Shown here one piece after another: positions 25,454 through 35,158 of a stretch of DNA of 64,000 nucleotides. Where the stretch lies: the NCBI GenBank assembly GCA_001792535.1, contig MGGS01000013.1:64692-128691 (forward strand). The letters are read 5' to 3'. The notes under the pieces are model-generated. The model searched no databases. It was given only the letters and a program-made list of their open reading frames with translations, and was not told where the DNA came from. Each line of letters opens with the position of its first letter. The first letter of the stretch is position 1. Made by a program: the position numbers and the translations under genes. Source of the stretch: Candidatus Woesebacteria bacterium RIFCSPHIGHO2_02_FULL_42_20 (GTDB taxonomy: Bacteria > Patescibacteriota > Microgenomatia > UBA8517).

Positions 25454-27256
25454 ATGGAAAGAACATTAGCCAAAGAAACAATTAGTAAAGTCGGTCAAAA
25501 GATCTTGCTCAAAGGCTGGGTAGCGACTATCCGCGATCACGGGAAGATTACTTTTTTGGATTTGAGGGATAGAAGCGGTAAAGTCCAATGTGTAGGTCAG
25601 GGTTTGTCAAAAATAACTACCGAAAGCGTGGTTGAAATTGAAGGCATAGTCGCAAAGCGTCCCGAAAAATTGGTTAACAAAAACTTGGAAACCGGAACAG
25701 TTGAAGTCCAGATCGAAAAGCTTGACGTCTTATCGGTAGCGCAAGATTTGCCAATAGACATGGGTAAAGAAGATTTGGATGTTTCTTTGCCGACTCTGCT
25801 TGACTTCCGCCCTTTGACTCTGCGAAATAAAAAAGTTAACTCCATCTTTAAAGTTCAGGAGGTTGTTATTGATTCTTTCAGAGAAGCCTTAAAGAAAAAA
25901 GATTTTTTTGAATTCCAGGCTCCAGTTTTTATTCCTGAGATTGCAGAGGGAGGAGCAGAAGTATTCAAAGTTCCTTATTTTAGCCACGAAGTCTACTTGT
26001 CTCAAAGCCCCCAGCTTTATAAGCAAATTTTAGTAGGCGCATATGAAAGAGTTTTTTCGGTGAATAAGACTTTGCGGGCAGAGCCGTCGGTGACTACCCG
26101 TCATTTAACGGAGGTTACTACACTTGATGCAGAGTTTGGCTTCATAGATAACTGGACCCAAGTGAAAGATATGGCCGAATACACAATAAAATATATGTTG
26201 AAAGCAGTTGAGGACAAATGCGGTGATATATTGGAAAGTTTTGGGGTTACTATACCAAAGTTTACGGACAGTATTCCGACAATAAAACTTCGTGAAGCAC
26301 AGGAAATTATTTATAGACGAACCAAAAGGGATAATAGAAATGAACCGGATTTGCAACCAGAAGATGAGAGAGAGATCTGTAAGTGGTCACTAGAGGAAAA
26401 GGGGAGCGACTTAGTCTTTGTTTCGCATTATCCAACCAAAAAAAGGCCGTTTTATACATATCAAGAGCCAGAAGACCCTGAATTTACCCAAAGTATGGAT
26501 TTGCTTGGCAGGGGTACGGAATGGATGACCGGTGGAAGAAGAATTAATGATTATGAGTTTTTGATTAAGATGGCAAAGGAGAGAAAAGTTGACCCTGAAA
26601 AACTTGATCTTTATTTGCAGGCCTTTAAGTTCGGAATGCCGCCAGAGGGCGGGTTTTCATTCGGATCAGAAAGGGTGACGATGCACATTCTTGGACTTGC
26701 TAACATCCGAGAAGCCTCACTTTTCCCGAGAGATATGGAAAGAGTAGATATTAGGCTATCAACGATACGAAAAGAAAGCCGAGTTTTGAAGGACGAAAGA
26801 AAAGATATATTTGAGATAATTGTCGATTCATTGGACTCGAAGGACATCCCCTTTGAAAAATATGAACACGAGCCGGTTTATACAAGTGAACAGGCTGCTA
26901 AAATTCGGGGAACTGATATTCATCAGGGAGCAAAAGCGCTGGTCTTACAGGCGGACAAAGATTTTATTTTATATGTTTTACCCGCTGACTTGCAGGCCAA
27001 TTTGGAAGGACTCCAAAATAAACTAAAGGTGAAAAAGTTAAGAATGGCATCCAAAGATTCTGTTAAAGCAAAAACAGGCCTTGAGGTTGGAGCAGTTCCG
27101 CCATTAGGATCATTCGTTGGACTTAAAACCTATGTCGACCCAAGGCTTTCTGAAAATAAAGAGATTGTTTTCAATGCTGGTCGTCACGACCGATCTATAA
27201 AAATGAGATATTCTGACTTCGTTAGACTCGAAAAACCTAAAATTATTCAGTTGTAA
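25454..27256 (+). CDS. aspS: aspartyl-tRNA synthetase (archaeal/eukaryal-type core) fused to a C-terminal YbaK/ProX-like aminoacyl-tRNA deacylase domain
   Basis: N-terminal OB fold, motif 2 LRAEPSVTTRHLTEVTTLDAEFGF and motif 3 GGFSFGSERVTMHILGLANIREASLFPRD end the core near residue 433. Residues ~440-600 align with YbaK (IPFEKYEHEP…KALVLQADKDFILYVLPADLQANLEGLQNKL…KAKTGLEVGAVPPLG…EIVFNAGRHDRSIKMRYSDFVRL). Confidence 0.85.
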   Translation: MERTLAKETISKVGQKILLKGWVATIRDHGKITFLDLRDRSGKVQCVGQGLSKITTESVVEIEGIVAKRPEKLVNKNLETGTVEVQIEKLDVLSVAQDLPIDMGKEDLDVSLPTLLDFRPLTLRNKKVNSIFKVQEVVIDSFREALKKKDFFEFQAPVFIPEIAEGGAEVFKVPYFSHEVYLSQSPQLYKQILVGAYERVFSVNKTLRAEPSVTTRHLTEVTTLDAEFGFIDNWTQVKDMAEYTIKYMLKAVEDKCGDILESFGVTIPKFTDSIPTIKLREAQEIIYRRTKRDNRNEPDLQPEDEREICKWSLEEKGSDLVFVSHYPTKKRPFYTYQEPEDPEFTQSMDLLGRGTEWMTGGRRINDYEFLIKMAKERKVDPEKLDLYLQAFKFGMPPEGGFSFGSERVTMHILGLANIREASLFPRDMERVDIRLSTIRKESRVLKDERKDIFEIIVDSLDSKDIPFEKYEHEPVYTSEQAAKIRGTDIHQGAKALVLQADKDFILYVLPADLQANLEGLQNKLKVKKLRMASKDSVKAKTGLEVGAVPPLGSFVGLKTYVDPRLSENKEIVFNAGRHDRSIKMRYSDFVRLEKPKIIQL

Positions 27257-27370
27257 TCATGATGGGTGGTTTTTTTGAGTGTTGCCTATTTGTTGCGCAG
27301 GGAGCTTTTGAAAAAATAACTTCTTGTCAATTTGGTTCTTCGACTTTACACTTGAAAATACATTAATTAA

Positions 27371-28276
27371 ATGAAATTGGTTTATTTATCCGCGTCGGCT
27401 TTTGTGATAGTAAGTCTTTTTGCGATAAACTTAGTGGCAGATCGGTATGCTAAGTTAGTGTACAGCGAGGCTAAATCTGTTCTCGCCTACACGATTTCTT
27501 CAAAGTTTGTTCCGCTACTAAATAATCGAGCTTCGGCCCCGATTGTCTCGGCCCCGGGGGCAATGGCCGTGGACCTTGAGACAGGGATTCCTCTCTTTCA
27601 AAAAGACGCTCGTAAAAAGCTTCTTCCGGCATCGACGACCAAAATAGTGACTGCTTTGGTGGCCTTGGAAAGTTATCCATTGGATAAAGTTTTGGAAGTA
27701 AAAAAGGCCGGAGTTGAAGGCCAAAAAATGAGACTTGTCTTGGGGGAACAGATGTCTGTCAGGAATTTACTTTATGGGCTTCTGGTTTTTAGCGCAAACG
27801 ACGCGGCTGAAACCTTGGCGGACAATTTTCCAAAAGGACGAGACGAGTTTGTACGACACATGAACAGTCTGGCCAGAAGACTCAATTTAGCAGACACGTA
27901 TTTTGAAAACCCCACCGGCATAGATGGAAACAATCAGGTTACAAGTGCCAGAGACATGATTCGCCTTGCTTCATATGCCATGAGAGATAAGGACTTTAGG
28001 GAAATTGTATCTACGAAAGAAATTACTGTGGAAAATTTTGAAGGAAATTTAAAACACAAGCTGACGAACCTGAATGAATTACTGGGTCAGGTGGAAGGGG
28101 TTATCGGAGTCAAAACCGGCTGGACGGAGGAAGCAAGAGAAAATTTAGTGACTTATGTCGAACGAGACGATAGACGCATTGCATTGGTTGTTCTGGGCAG
28201 CCAAGACAGGTTTGGTGAAACAAAGGAACTCATAGAATGGATTTTTAACAGTTATAGTTGGATTTACTCGCCGTAA
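27371..28276 (+). CDS. serine-type D-Ala-D-Ala carboxypeptidase (PBP5/S11-like)
   Basis: SxxK (ASTTK), SxN (FSANDAA) and KTG (KTGWT) motifs after an N-terminal signal/TM. A TTGTCA-N17-TACACT promoter lies upstream. Confidence 0.8.
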   Translation: MKLVYLSASAFVIVSLFAINLVADRYAKLVYSEAKSVLAYTISSKFVPLLNNRASAPIVSAPGAMAVDLETGIPLFQKDARKKLLPASTTKIVTALVALESYPLDKVLEVKKAGVEGQKMRLVLGEQMSVRNLLYGLLVFSANDAAETLADNFPKGRDEFVRHMNSLARRLNLADTYFENPTGIDGNNQVTSARDMIRLASYAMRDKDFREIVSTKEITVENFEGNLKHKLTNLNELLGQVEGVIGVKTGWTEEARENLVTYVERDDRRIALVVLGSQDRFGETKELIEWIFNSYSWIYSP

Positions 28277-29346
28277 TACTCACGGGATACGGCCGGTACA
28301 TAAGCCATGAAATTTTTGTCCCCTTCAAAAACAATTACAGGTTGATAAAAGTCGGTGGGAAAGCCAGCGTCGTAATAAGCCAAATATACTTTTCTGATTG
28401 ACACTGAGCCTTCCAAGTTTTGGCCGATGGAGGCGATGTAGGCTTGGTTGTTTTTTAGTTCCTCGAAAGCATTGGCGGAAGACTTAAGAGAATAGGTCGC
28501 AAACTTTTCTTTGTCTACCGGAAAATAAAGATTCTCGCCCGCTAAGACTTGGTCACGGCCGCCGGATCCCGACAGGATTAGCCAGACATTGGCTTGGTTT
28601 GGGAATGGCGTCAGGCTCGGAAGACTGTCGTATGGTTCCCTAAAAAGGTTTACTTTAATGAGATTAGCTTCGGATAGGGATACTACGGGAATTAAGTTTT
28701 TTTCCTCCACTCGCAGTAGCTCGTGGGTGGCGTCGCCACGACTGATGTCGTCTGCAAGAACATTGGCAGAAGCAAGAATTGCTTTAGCGCGGGGAATGGC
28801 AACTTCGGGTGCTGGTGGCCTGTTTTCAAGGGGACTCAAAAACCCTTCCAGATCGTAGCTTATTGAAAATATCTTGGTGGCGATATTTATCTCGAGCTGT
28901 GAGGGAAGAGAAGGATGTGAAAATCTGTATACCGTCTGTGAGACTCGAAACGGGTCGGTATTAAAGCCAAGTAAGTTTGCCGTAATTCTTGAGCGCTCCA
29001 GTGAATATAAGGTGATGGTGCTTTTGGGCATAAAAAAGACCTTCCCTTGGTCGGGAAACTTTGGCAGCTCGCTGTCGACCGTGTCCAGTTTGTATTCAAA
29101 TTGCGGCAAGCCTTCAACCGCGGGAAAAGGAAGTGACGGGAGTTTTCCAAAGGCCACCGTCGGCTTGGGCGTGGGATCCGGGCGTAGCGACCTGTATACT
29201 TGTCCGCCGATTCCGATAAACGCCCTGCCGAAAATTATCAGGAGTACAAGAATCCATGAAAACCTGATAGCCGTGCGAGTGATCATGGCGACGCGCGTTA
29301 ACTTGGTCATGCTTTGAGTATAGCTTTTTAAGATGCTAGAATTCAA
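28264..29346 (-). CDS. hypothetical membrane-anchored exported protein
   Basis: 360-aa ORF with an N-terminal TM helix and no recognisable catalytic motifs. It is convergent with, and 13 nt overlapping, the carboxypeptidase gene. Confidence 0.4.
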   Translation of the reverse strand: MNSSILKSYTQSMTKLTRVAMITRTAIRFSWILVLLIIFGRAFIGIGGQVYRSLRPDPTPKPTVAFGKLPSLPFPAVEGLPQFEYKLDTVDSELPKFPDQGKVFFMPKSTITLYSLERSRITANLLGFNTDPFRVSQTVYRFSHPSLPSQLEINIATKIFSISYDLEGFLSPLENRPPAPEVAIPRAKAILASANVLADDISRGDATHELLRVEEKNLIPVVSLSEANLIKVNLFREPYDSLPSLTPFPNQANVWLILSGSGGRDQVLAGENLYFPVDKEKFATYSLKSSANAFEELKNNQAYIASIGQNLEGSVSIRKVYLAYYDAGFPTDFYQPVIVFEGDKNFMAYVPAVSREYYGE

Positions 29347-29348
29347 TT

Positions 29349-30635
29349 GTGATTAGAGTAAGAATTGCGCCTTCGCCTACAGGTTTTGCCCACATTGGCA
29401 CAGCTTACACGGCTTTATTTAATTATGCATTCGCAAGACACAATAAAGGAACTTTCGTTATACGCGTGGAAGATACGGATGTAAAAAGAAATGTAAAAGG
29501 TGCCGAGGAGGCAATCTTTGGTGGTCTAGAGTGGCTCGGACTTGACTGGGATGAGAGCGTGGTTACTGGTGGAAAACATGGTCCCTATCGGCAATCTGAA
29601 AAGCTTGATGTATACAGAAACAAGGCAAAAGAACTAGTAAAGAAAGGATGGGCAAAAAAAGAAGAAGGGGCTATTCGATTCAACGGTGGTTTGTACGAAA
29701 AGAAGATAAACAAGTGGATAACCTGGAAAGACTTAATCCGCGGCGAGATTAGTTTTCATACAAATCAATTGACGGATTTTGTAATTTTGAAATCTGACGG
29801 GTATCCGACTTATAATTTTGCTGTTGTGATCGATGACTTGGATATGGAGGTTACTCATGTGATTCGTGGCGAGGAGCATATACCCAATACTCCAAGGCAA
29901 ATAGCACTCTATAAAGTTTTTGGACAGACACATCCGGAATTTGCCCATCACGTGACGCTTAGGGGAGCCGATCGGAGGAAACTATCCAAAAGGCGGGATC
30001 CTGTGGACCTTCGAATTTATCGGGAACAAGGTTATCTGCCGGAAGCCCTGCTTAATTTTTTGTGCTTGCTTGGCTGGTCACACCCGCAGGAAAAGGAAAT
30101 ATTTAGTTTGGCCGAGTTTGTGAAACTTTTTGATCTAAAAAGAATGCGCAAAGCTGGCCCCGTCTTTGATGTCAAAAAACTTGATTGGATGAATGGAGAA
30201 TACATTAGAAAAACTCAAAACTCAAAACTCAAAACTCAAATTTACGATTTCTATGACGGGGAATATGACAAAGAAGCAATAGAAAAAGTTCTGCCCTTAG
30301 TACAGACAAGAATGAATAAATTAAGCGAGTTTGGGACTATGGCTAACTTTTTCTTTAAAGAGCTCAAAATAGACAAGAAGTTGTTTGAGAAAGATTACAA
30401 GATGTATTTGAAATCTGCCCTGGAAGTTTTAGAGCATGTTAAACCTTTCAACCTCGATGCCGTTAGTAAAGAATTAATGAGAGCAGTTAAAGAAAATAAA
30501 TATAAGACTGGCGACTTTTTCATGAGCTTGCGATTAGCTATTGCCGGAAGCCGTTTTACTCCACCGATTAACGAATCAATGGTGATATTGGGAAAAAACG
30601 AAGTGATTAAAAGGCTTAAAGAGGTGCTAGATTAA
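29349..30635 (+). CDS. gltX: glutamyl-tRNA synthetase (short form)
   Basis: PSPTGFAHIGTAYTALFN (HIGH region) and KLSKR (KMSKS variant). 428 aa. It contains an AAAACTC x4 tandem repeat at 30210-30237. Confidence 0.9.
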   Translation: MIRVRIAPSPTGFAHIGTAYTALFNYAFARHNKGTFVIRVEDTDVKRNVKGAEEAIFGGLEWLGLDWDESVVTGGKHGPYRQSEKLDVYRNKAKELVKKGWAKKEEGAIRFNGGLYEKKINKWITWKDLIRGEISFHTNQLTDFVILKSDGYPTYNFAVVIDDLDMEVTHVIRGEEHIPNTPRQIALYKVFGQTHPEFAHHVTLRGADRRKLSKRRDPVDLRIYREQGYLPEALLNFLCLLGWSHPQEKEIFSLAEFVKLFDLKRMRKAGPVFDVKKLDWMNGEYIRKTQNSKLKTQIYDFYDGEYDKEAIEKVLPLVQTRMNKLSEFGTMANFFFKELKIDKKLFEKDYKMYLKSALEVLEHVKPFNLDAVSKELMRAVKENKYKTGDFFMSLRLAIAGSRFTPPINESMVILGKNEVIKRLKEVLD

Positions 30636-30640
30636 CATAT

Positions 30641-31591
30641 ATGAAAAAATCTGCCCGGCAGCTTAGTTTTGATGATTTAAGAGAACGTCTCAAGCTCAAA
30701 AAATTGACAGAGCAAGCTACTTTCAGCAAAAATTTTCCTGCTGCAACAAAGTTTTTCAAAAATAGGAATACCGACCTGGGGAAGATAAGGGATCACTCGA
30801 TCAAACTTATCGGTAGCGGATTGGTCACCGGTTCCATACTGCTTACTCACCTGCAGGGCATCGACGAAGTTTTGCCTTCCCCGCAATCGGTGATCGAAAA
30901 ATTAAACAGTCAAATTGCCTCTACAAGTAAAGCTTCCCAAAAACTTCTTTTGGAGTCACTGAAGGAACTACTTCCGAGCAAAGTTGGGCCATTGAGTCGG
31001 GAACAGGAGAAAGCACTTGAGAGGGTGTTTGAAAAAACTTTAAATATACCAGTCCGAGCTACTTTGGAGGGTGAGCACCTGAATACTGTATATGGCTATG
31101 TTGGTGCGGAGCAGCATCTTAAGCGCTACCCAGGAGATTTCCTCAGCCAACACTCGGGTGACCCGGCGATACTAAGATCGGGGATTGCTCCGGGCCTTGG
31201 GGCTTGGGGCTATTTTGCCCAATCAAAAGCTCAACTTTCCGAGGATTTAATAGAGAAAGAAAAATGGTATACGGTTGTCCAAACGCTTTACCTGCCGGAG
31301 TGGAACAGGCGTGTCGGTTATCTTCGTGACTGGTATAGGTATCGGAAAGTTTTAATAGTGAATACCAAAAACGGTAACGCAGTTGTTGCCTCTATTGCGG
31401 ATTCCGGGCCCGCGGCGTGGACGGGTAAGCACTATGGTGGAAGTCCGGAGGTTATGGAATACCTGGGAGGATCGCGTTATAAAAAAGGACCGGTTCTTGT
31501 TTTTTTTGTGGATGACCCTGACAATAATGTTCCTTTGGGGCCGGTTGAGTATAATAAATATAGCGCACAAATACACCCGTACACCAGTTGA
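30641..31591 (+). CDS. hypothetical exported protein (possible C-terminal RlpA/3D-like barrel)
   Basis: 316 aa. The C-terminal block …NGNAVVASIADSGPAAWTGKHYGGSPEVMEYLG… loosely resembles double-psi beta-barrel lytic-transglycosylase-associated domains. The assignment is weak. Confidence 0.35.
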   Translation: MKKSARQLSFDDLRERLKLKKLTEQATFSKNFPAATKFFKNRNTDLGKIRDHSIKLIGSGLVTGSILLTHLQGIDEVLPSPQSVIEKLNSQIASTSKASQKLLLESLKELLPSKVGPLSREQEKALERVFEKTLNIPVRATLEGEHLNTVYGYVGAEQHLKRYPGDFLSQHSGDPAILRSGIAPGLGAWGYFAQSKAQLSEDLIEKEKWYTVVQTLYLPEWNRRVGYLRDWYRYRKVLIVNTKNGNAVVASIADSGPAAWTGKHYGGSPEVMEYLGGSRYKKGPVLVFFVDDPDNNVPLGPVEYNKYSAQIHPYTS

Positions 31592-31650
31592 GTAAAAGTT
31601 ATGAGCAAGATTTTTTACAGTTGCGTTAGCGAATGCTATAAAATCTGAGT

Positions 31651-32007
31651 ATGTCGAAGATTTTTTACGATGACCTTATCGACTTATCCAAAGTCGAAAG
31701 AAAAATCAGAAAAATTGCCAAAACAGAGGAAGAGCGTAGTGAACTCTGGAAAGTTGTCGATGAAATAGTTCACCACAGGGTAATGGGCTGCATTTTAGGT
31801 AAACTTCCGGGTAAAGACCACGGTGAATTTTTGGAGAGGTTTCATGAGCGGCCCCACGACGAAGGCCTTTTTGATTATTTGAAGGACAAAGCTAAAGAGG
31901 ACATAAAGTTTTTTATTAAAGAAGAAGCCATAAAATTGGGCTTCGAACTGCTTGACGAGCTCCATTCCGGGTTAATTAAATCTTCAGCTGGTTCTAAGCG
32001 AAAATAG
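31651..32007 (+). CDS. hypothetical protein (118 aa)
   Basis: Small acidic/basic ORF preceded by a 15-codon uORF that duplicates its first six codons. Confidence 0.35.
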   Translation: MSKIFYDDLIDLSKVERKIRKIAKTEEERSELWKVVDEIVHHRVMGCILGKLPGKDHGEFLERFHERPHDEGLFDYLKDKAKEDIKFFIKEEAIKLGFELLDELHSGLIKSSAGSKRK

Positions 32008-32016
32008 TATACTATT

Positions 32017-32682
32017 TTGTGCGCAACTTCCATGAGAATTTTAGTTGTCGAAGACGAACATAAAATTGCCAGCTCAATTAAACGCGGTTTGGAACAGGAA
32101 GGCTATGCTGTGGATGTTGCTTATGACGGCGAGCAGGGGTATGATCTTGCATCTAGCGAAAGTTATGACGCAATCGTCTTAGACCTCATGCTTCCTAAAA
32201 TCGACGGTCTGACGATCTGCTCAAAGCTTAGAGAAGAAGAAAAACACACACCGATATTAATTTTGACTGCCAAGGGATTTTTGAGTGACCGAGTAAATGG
32301 TCTTAATACAGGGGCCGATGATTATTTGGTGAAGCCTTTTGCTTTTGAAGAGCTGTTGGCCAGATTGCGCGCCCTTTTGCGGCGGCCGAAAAACGGAGGC
32401 TTGGCCAGGCTGGTTTATAAAGACCTGGAGTTGGATAGTGTGAATTTCGAGGTAAAGATGTCTGGAAAAAAAATAAATTTGTCCAGAAAAGAATTTGCTC
32501 TCTTGGAGTATTTGATGAGAAATTCTGGCAAAATCGTAAGTAAAGACAATATCATTGACCATGTTTGGAGTTATGACGCCGATATTTTACCAAATACGGT
32601 GGAAGTGTATATCGGCTACTTGAGAAAAAAAATTAGTGGACTTATTCAAACAGTTCGTGGTTTTGGTTACAAACTAGATTAA
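32017..32682 (+). CDS. OmpR-family response regulator
   Basis: Receiver domain MRILVVEDE…DAIVLDLMLP…ILILTAKG plus a C-terminal winged-helix domain (…VYIGYLRKKI…). The likely true start is the ATG at 32032. Confidence 0.85.
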   Translation: MCATSMRILVVEDEHKIASSIKRGLEQEGYAVDVAYDGEQGYDLASSESYDAIVLDLMLPKIDGLTICSKLREEEKHTPILILTAKGFLSDRVNGLNTGADDYLVKPFAFEELLARLRALLRRPKNGGLARLVYKDLELDSVNFEVKMSGKKINLSRKEFALLEYLMRNSGKIVSKDNIIDHVWSYDADILPNTVEVYIGYLRKKISGLIQTVRGFGYKLD

Positions 32683-33683
32683 TGCATATTTTTGACTCCG
32701 CAAGGATTAAATTAACTGCTTGGTACTTGGTCATCATTGCGTTGATCAGTATTAGCTTTAGCGCAATCATATATCAAGTGGTAACGAATGAGCTTGAAAG
32801 GGGCTTTATGGTGGCGGAATATAGAATTCGGGGAATGCCCATACCACACCAGAGAGTTAGGCTTCTTTTGGAGGATGAATTGATGGACGCAAAAAATTTA
32901 GTCGCTGCCAGATTAGCCGTTATCAATGGTTTTATCTTGATTGTGTCTGGGTTGGCAAGCTATGTTTTGGCTGGGAAATCTCTTCGACCAATTAAACTTG
33001 CCATGGACGAGCAAAAGCGTTTTGTTGCAGATGCCAGTCACGAGCTTAAAACCCCATTGACGGCTATCAAGACCGAAATTGAAGTTGCGCTCCGGGACAA
33101 AAATTTGAAGTTAAGACAAGCCAGGGAACTGCTTAAAAGCAATTTACAGGAAACGGACAAAATTAAAGATCTGGCGAATTATTTACTGACTCTTTCTAAG
33201 TATGAGGGTAATGGAAAAGATATTGTAAGGCAGAAGGTTAATTTTAAGGAGGTGGTGAGCGAAGCTGTGGAAAAAAATTTGGCTTTGGCACGAAATAACA
33301 GTACGAAATTGCTTAGCCGTTTGGAGGAGATAAATATTTATGGCAACAAACAAAGCTTGGTTGAACTTGTTTCAATACTTATTAATAACGCTATAAAATA
33401 TAGTCCAAAGAATAGGAAAGTATCTGTTGATTTGTCCAAGCGGGGCAGGAGTGCTGTTTTGGAAGTCAAAGACGAAGGGATAGGGATAGACAAAAAGGAT
33501 TTAGCTCATGTTTTTGATCGCTTTTACCGTTCGGATTCTTCGCGCTCAAAGGACAATATTGAAGGTTTTGGTCTTGGCCTTTCAATTGCAAAGTCAATTG
33601 TCGAACTTCATGAAGGAAAAATTACGGTGAGTAGTAAACCAAACAAAGGCAGTACTTTCTCAATTGTACTCCCCTTGGTCTAA
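32682..33683 (+). CDS. sensor histidine kinase
   Basis: H-box SHELKTPLTAI, N/G boxes (…NAIKYSP…, GIGLGLSIAKSIVELHEGKI) and two N-terminal TM helices. Overlaps the RR stop (ATGCAT…). Confidence 0.85.
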   Translation: MHIFDSARIKLTAWYLVIIALISISFSAIIYQVVTNELERGFMVAEYRIRGMPIPHQRVRLLLEDELMDAKNLVAARLAVINGFILIVSGLASYVLAGKSLRPIKLAMDEQKRFVADASHELKTPLTAIKTEIEVALRDKNLKLRQARELLKSNLQETDKIKDLANYLLTLSKYEGNGKDIVRQKVNFKEVVSEAVEKNLALARNNSTKLLSRLEEINIYGNKQSLVELVSILINNAIKYSPKNRKVSVDLSKRGRSAVLEVKDEGIGIDKKDLAHVFDRFYRSDSSRSKDNIEGFGLGLSIAKSIVELHEGKITVSSKPNKGSTFSIVLPLV

Positions 33684-33729
33684 GCATTTTCTCAGACTAA
33701 CTATGTAAATTCAAAATGTCCGGAAGGGG

Positions 33730-34209
33730 GTGATAAAAATGAGTAGAGTTAGTAAAAAAATGATTATTCCGACAATGCTGATTCTGACTCTTTTGACTAT
33801 CGGACTTTACGGCGTAAGCCAAGTTTCAGCCGAGGATTTGGCTAGTCACGCTCCAATTGTGCAACGAATTGCCGATAAGTTTGGTTTAAATGTGGCAGAC
33901 GTTGAGGAGGTTTTTACTCAAGAGAGACAAGAGCATCATCAGTTGATGAGACAAAACTTTGAAGAAAGACTCAATCAGGCAGTGTCCGACGGTAAATTAA
34001 CCGAGGACCAAAAAAATGCACTTTTGGAGAAGATAGATGAAGTCAAAGCGGAGCGCGAGGCATATAGATTACAAAACCGCGAGGAAATGCAAGCTTGGTT
34101 TAGTCAACAAGGAATTGATCCTGAGGTGCTGGGCAAATATTTGGGTGGGTTTGCCAAAGGTTTCGGCCGTGGCGGTCATCACGGTTTGATGATAGGGACA
34201 GGTCAATAA
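33730..34209 (+). CDS. secreted LTXXQ-motif protein (Spy/CpxP-like periplasmic chaperone family)
   Basis: Signal/TM segment, an LTEDQ motif, helical repeats and a Gly-rich C-terminus. It lies immediately downstream of the two-component system. Confidence 0.45.
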   Translation: MIKMSRVSKKMIIPTMLILTLLTIGLYGVSQVSAEDLASHAPIVQRIADKFGLNVADVEEVFTQERQEHHQLMRQNFEERLNQAVSDGKLTEDQKNALLEKIDEVKAEREAYRLQNREEMQAWFSQQGIDPEVLGKYLGGFAKGFGRGGHHGLMIGTGQ

Positions 34210-34226
34210 TTTCAACTTGTGCTACT

Positions 34227-34255
34227 TGGGGGTGCCAAATGGTACCCCTTTTTTT
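34227..34255 (+). terminator. rho-independent terminator
   Basis: GGGGTGCCAAATGGTACCCC followed by T7. Confidence 0.6.
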
Positions 34256-34327
34256 GCCAAGTTAAAATTCGGAGGCAGGGTCTTTGATTTTTATTGATTG
34301 AGGAAAAGATTTTTTTATGGTGGGTGT

Positions 34328-35158
34328 TCATAGTGGGCTTTTGATGTTTTTAAGTTTTGGATTGGTTACTTTAGTATAGATTTGGGTTGTTCGGATATTT
34401 GCATGCCCCAGAAGTTCTTGGACATATCGAACATCAGTCCCATTTTCCAGTAGGTGTGTGGCAAAACTATGTCTTAATGAGTGGAATGTGGCAGGTTTTT
34501 TAATATATGCTTTTTTAAGCGCATATGAAAAAACTTTTTGTGCGGTTCTGGTTGTAAGTTTGCCTCCCTGCTCACTTTCAAATACTATATTGTCCGCTTT
34601 TTTTCCTGTGATAAGGTTTTGGATATCAGTTTTTATTTTTGCGGGCACAATGGTTATTCTGTCTTTTGCTCCCTTGGCGTTTTTAATGTGAATTGTCAAC
34701 TCGTCCAAATCTATATCTTTCACTTTTAGATTTATGACCTCACTTACTCTTAACCCTGCTCCGTATGATAAAGAAATAAGAATCTTGTGTTTTGAATTGC
34801 TGATAGATTCTATTATTTTTCTTATATCCCGACGTGACAAAATGACAGGGAGTTTTATTGCATGCTTAGTGCGGGGAATGTTAATAAAGAACCTTCTGTG
34901 CATAATCTTTTCGAAGTAGAACAAAAGCGCACTGTATGCAGTATTTATTGTGGAGTTTGATTTTTTCTGACTCGCAAGTCTTTCTAAGTAATTTCTGATA
35001 TCAACAGAATTTATGGTTTTGGGGCTTTTGTTAGTATATTTTAAAACCTTGGTAATGTATCCTAAATATGCTTTTCTTGTTCTTAGACTGAAACCGCGAA
35101 GTTTCATTTCTTGCTCAAGTTTTCTGATTGGATCTTGACTGGGATATTTGTATTTCAT
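34328..35158 (-). CDS. tyrosine-type site-specific recombinase (XerC/XerD family)
   Basis: C-terminal catalytic block …HSLRHSFATHLLENGTDVRYVQELLGHANIRTTQIYTKV (R…HxxR…Y). N-terminal SAM-like core-binding domain. Confidence 0.75.
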   Translation of the reverse strand: MKYKYPSQDPIRKLEQEMKLRGFSLRTRKAYLGYITKVLKYTNKSPKTINSVDIRNYLERLASQKKSNSTINTAYSALLFYFEKIMHRRFFINIPRTKHAIKLPVILSRRDIRKIIESISNSKHKILISLSYGAGLRVSEVINLKVKDIDLDELTIHIKNAKGAKDRITIVPAKIKTDIQNLITGKKADNIVFESEQGGKLTTRTAQKVFSYALKKAYIKKPATFHSLRHSFATHLLENGTDVRYVQELLGHANIRTTQIYTKVTNPKLKNIKSPL

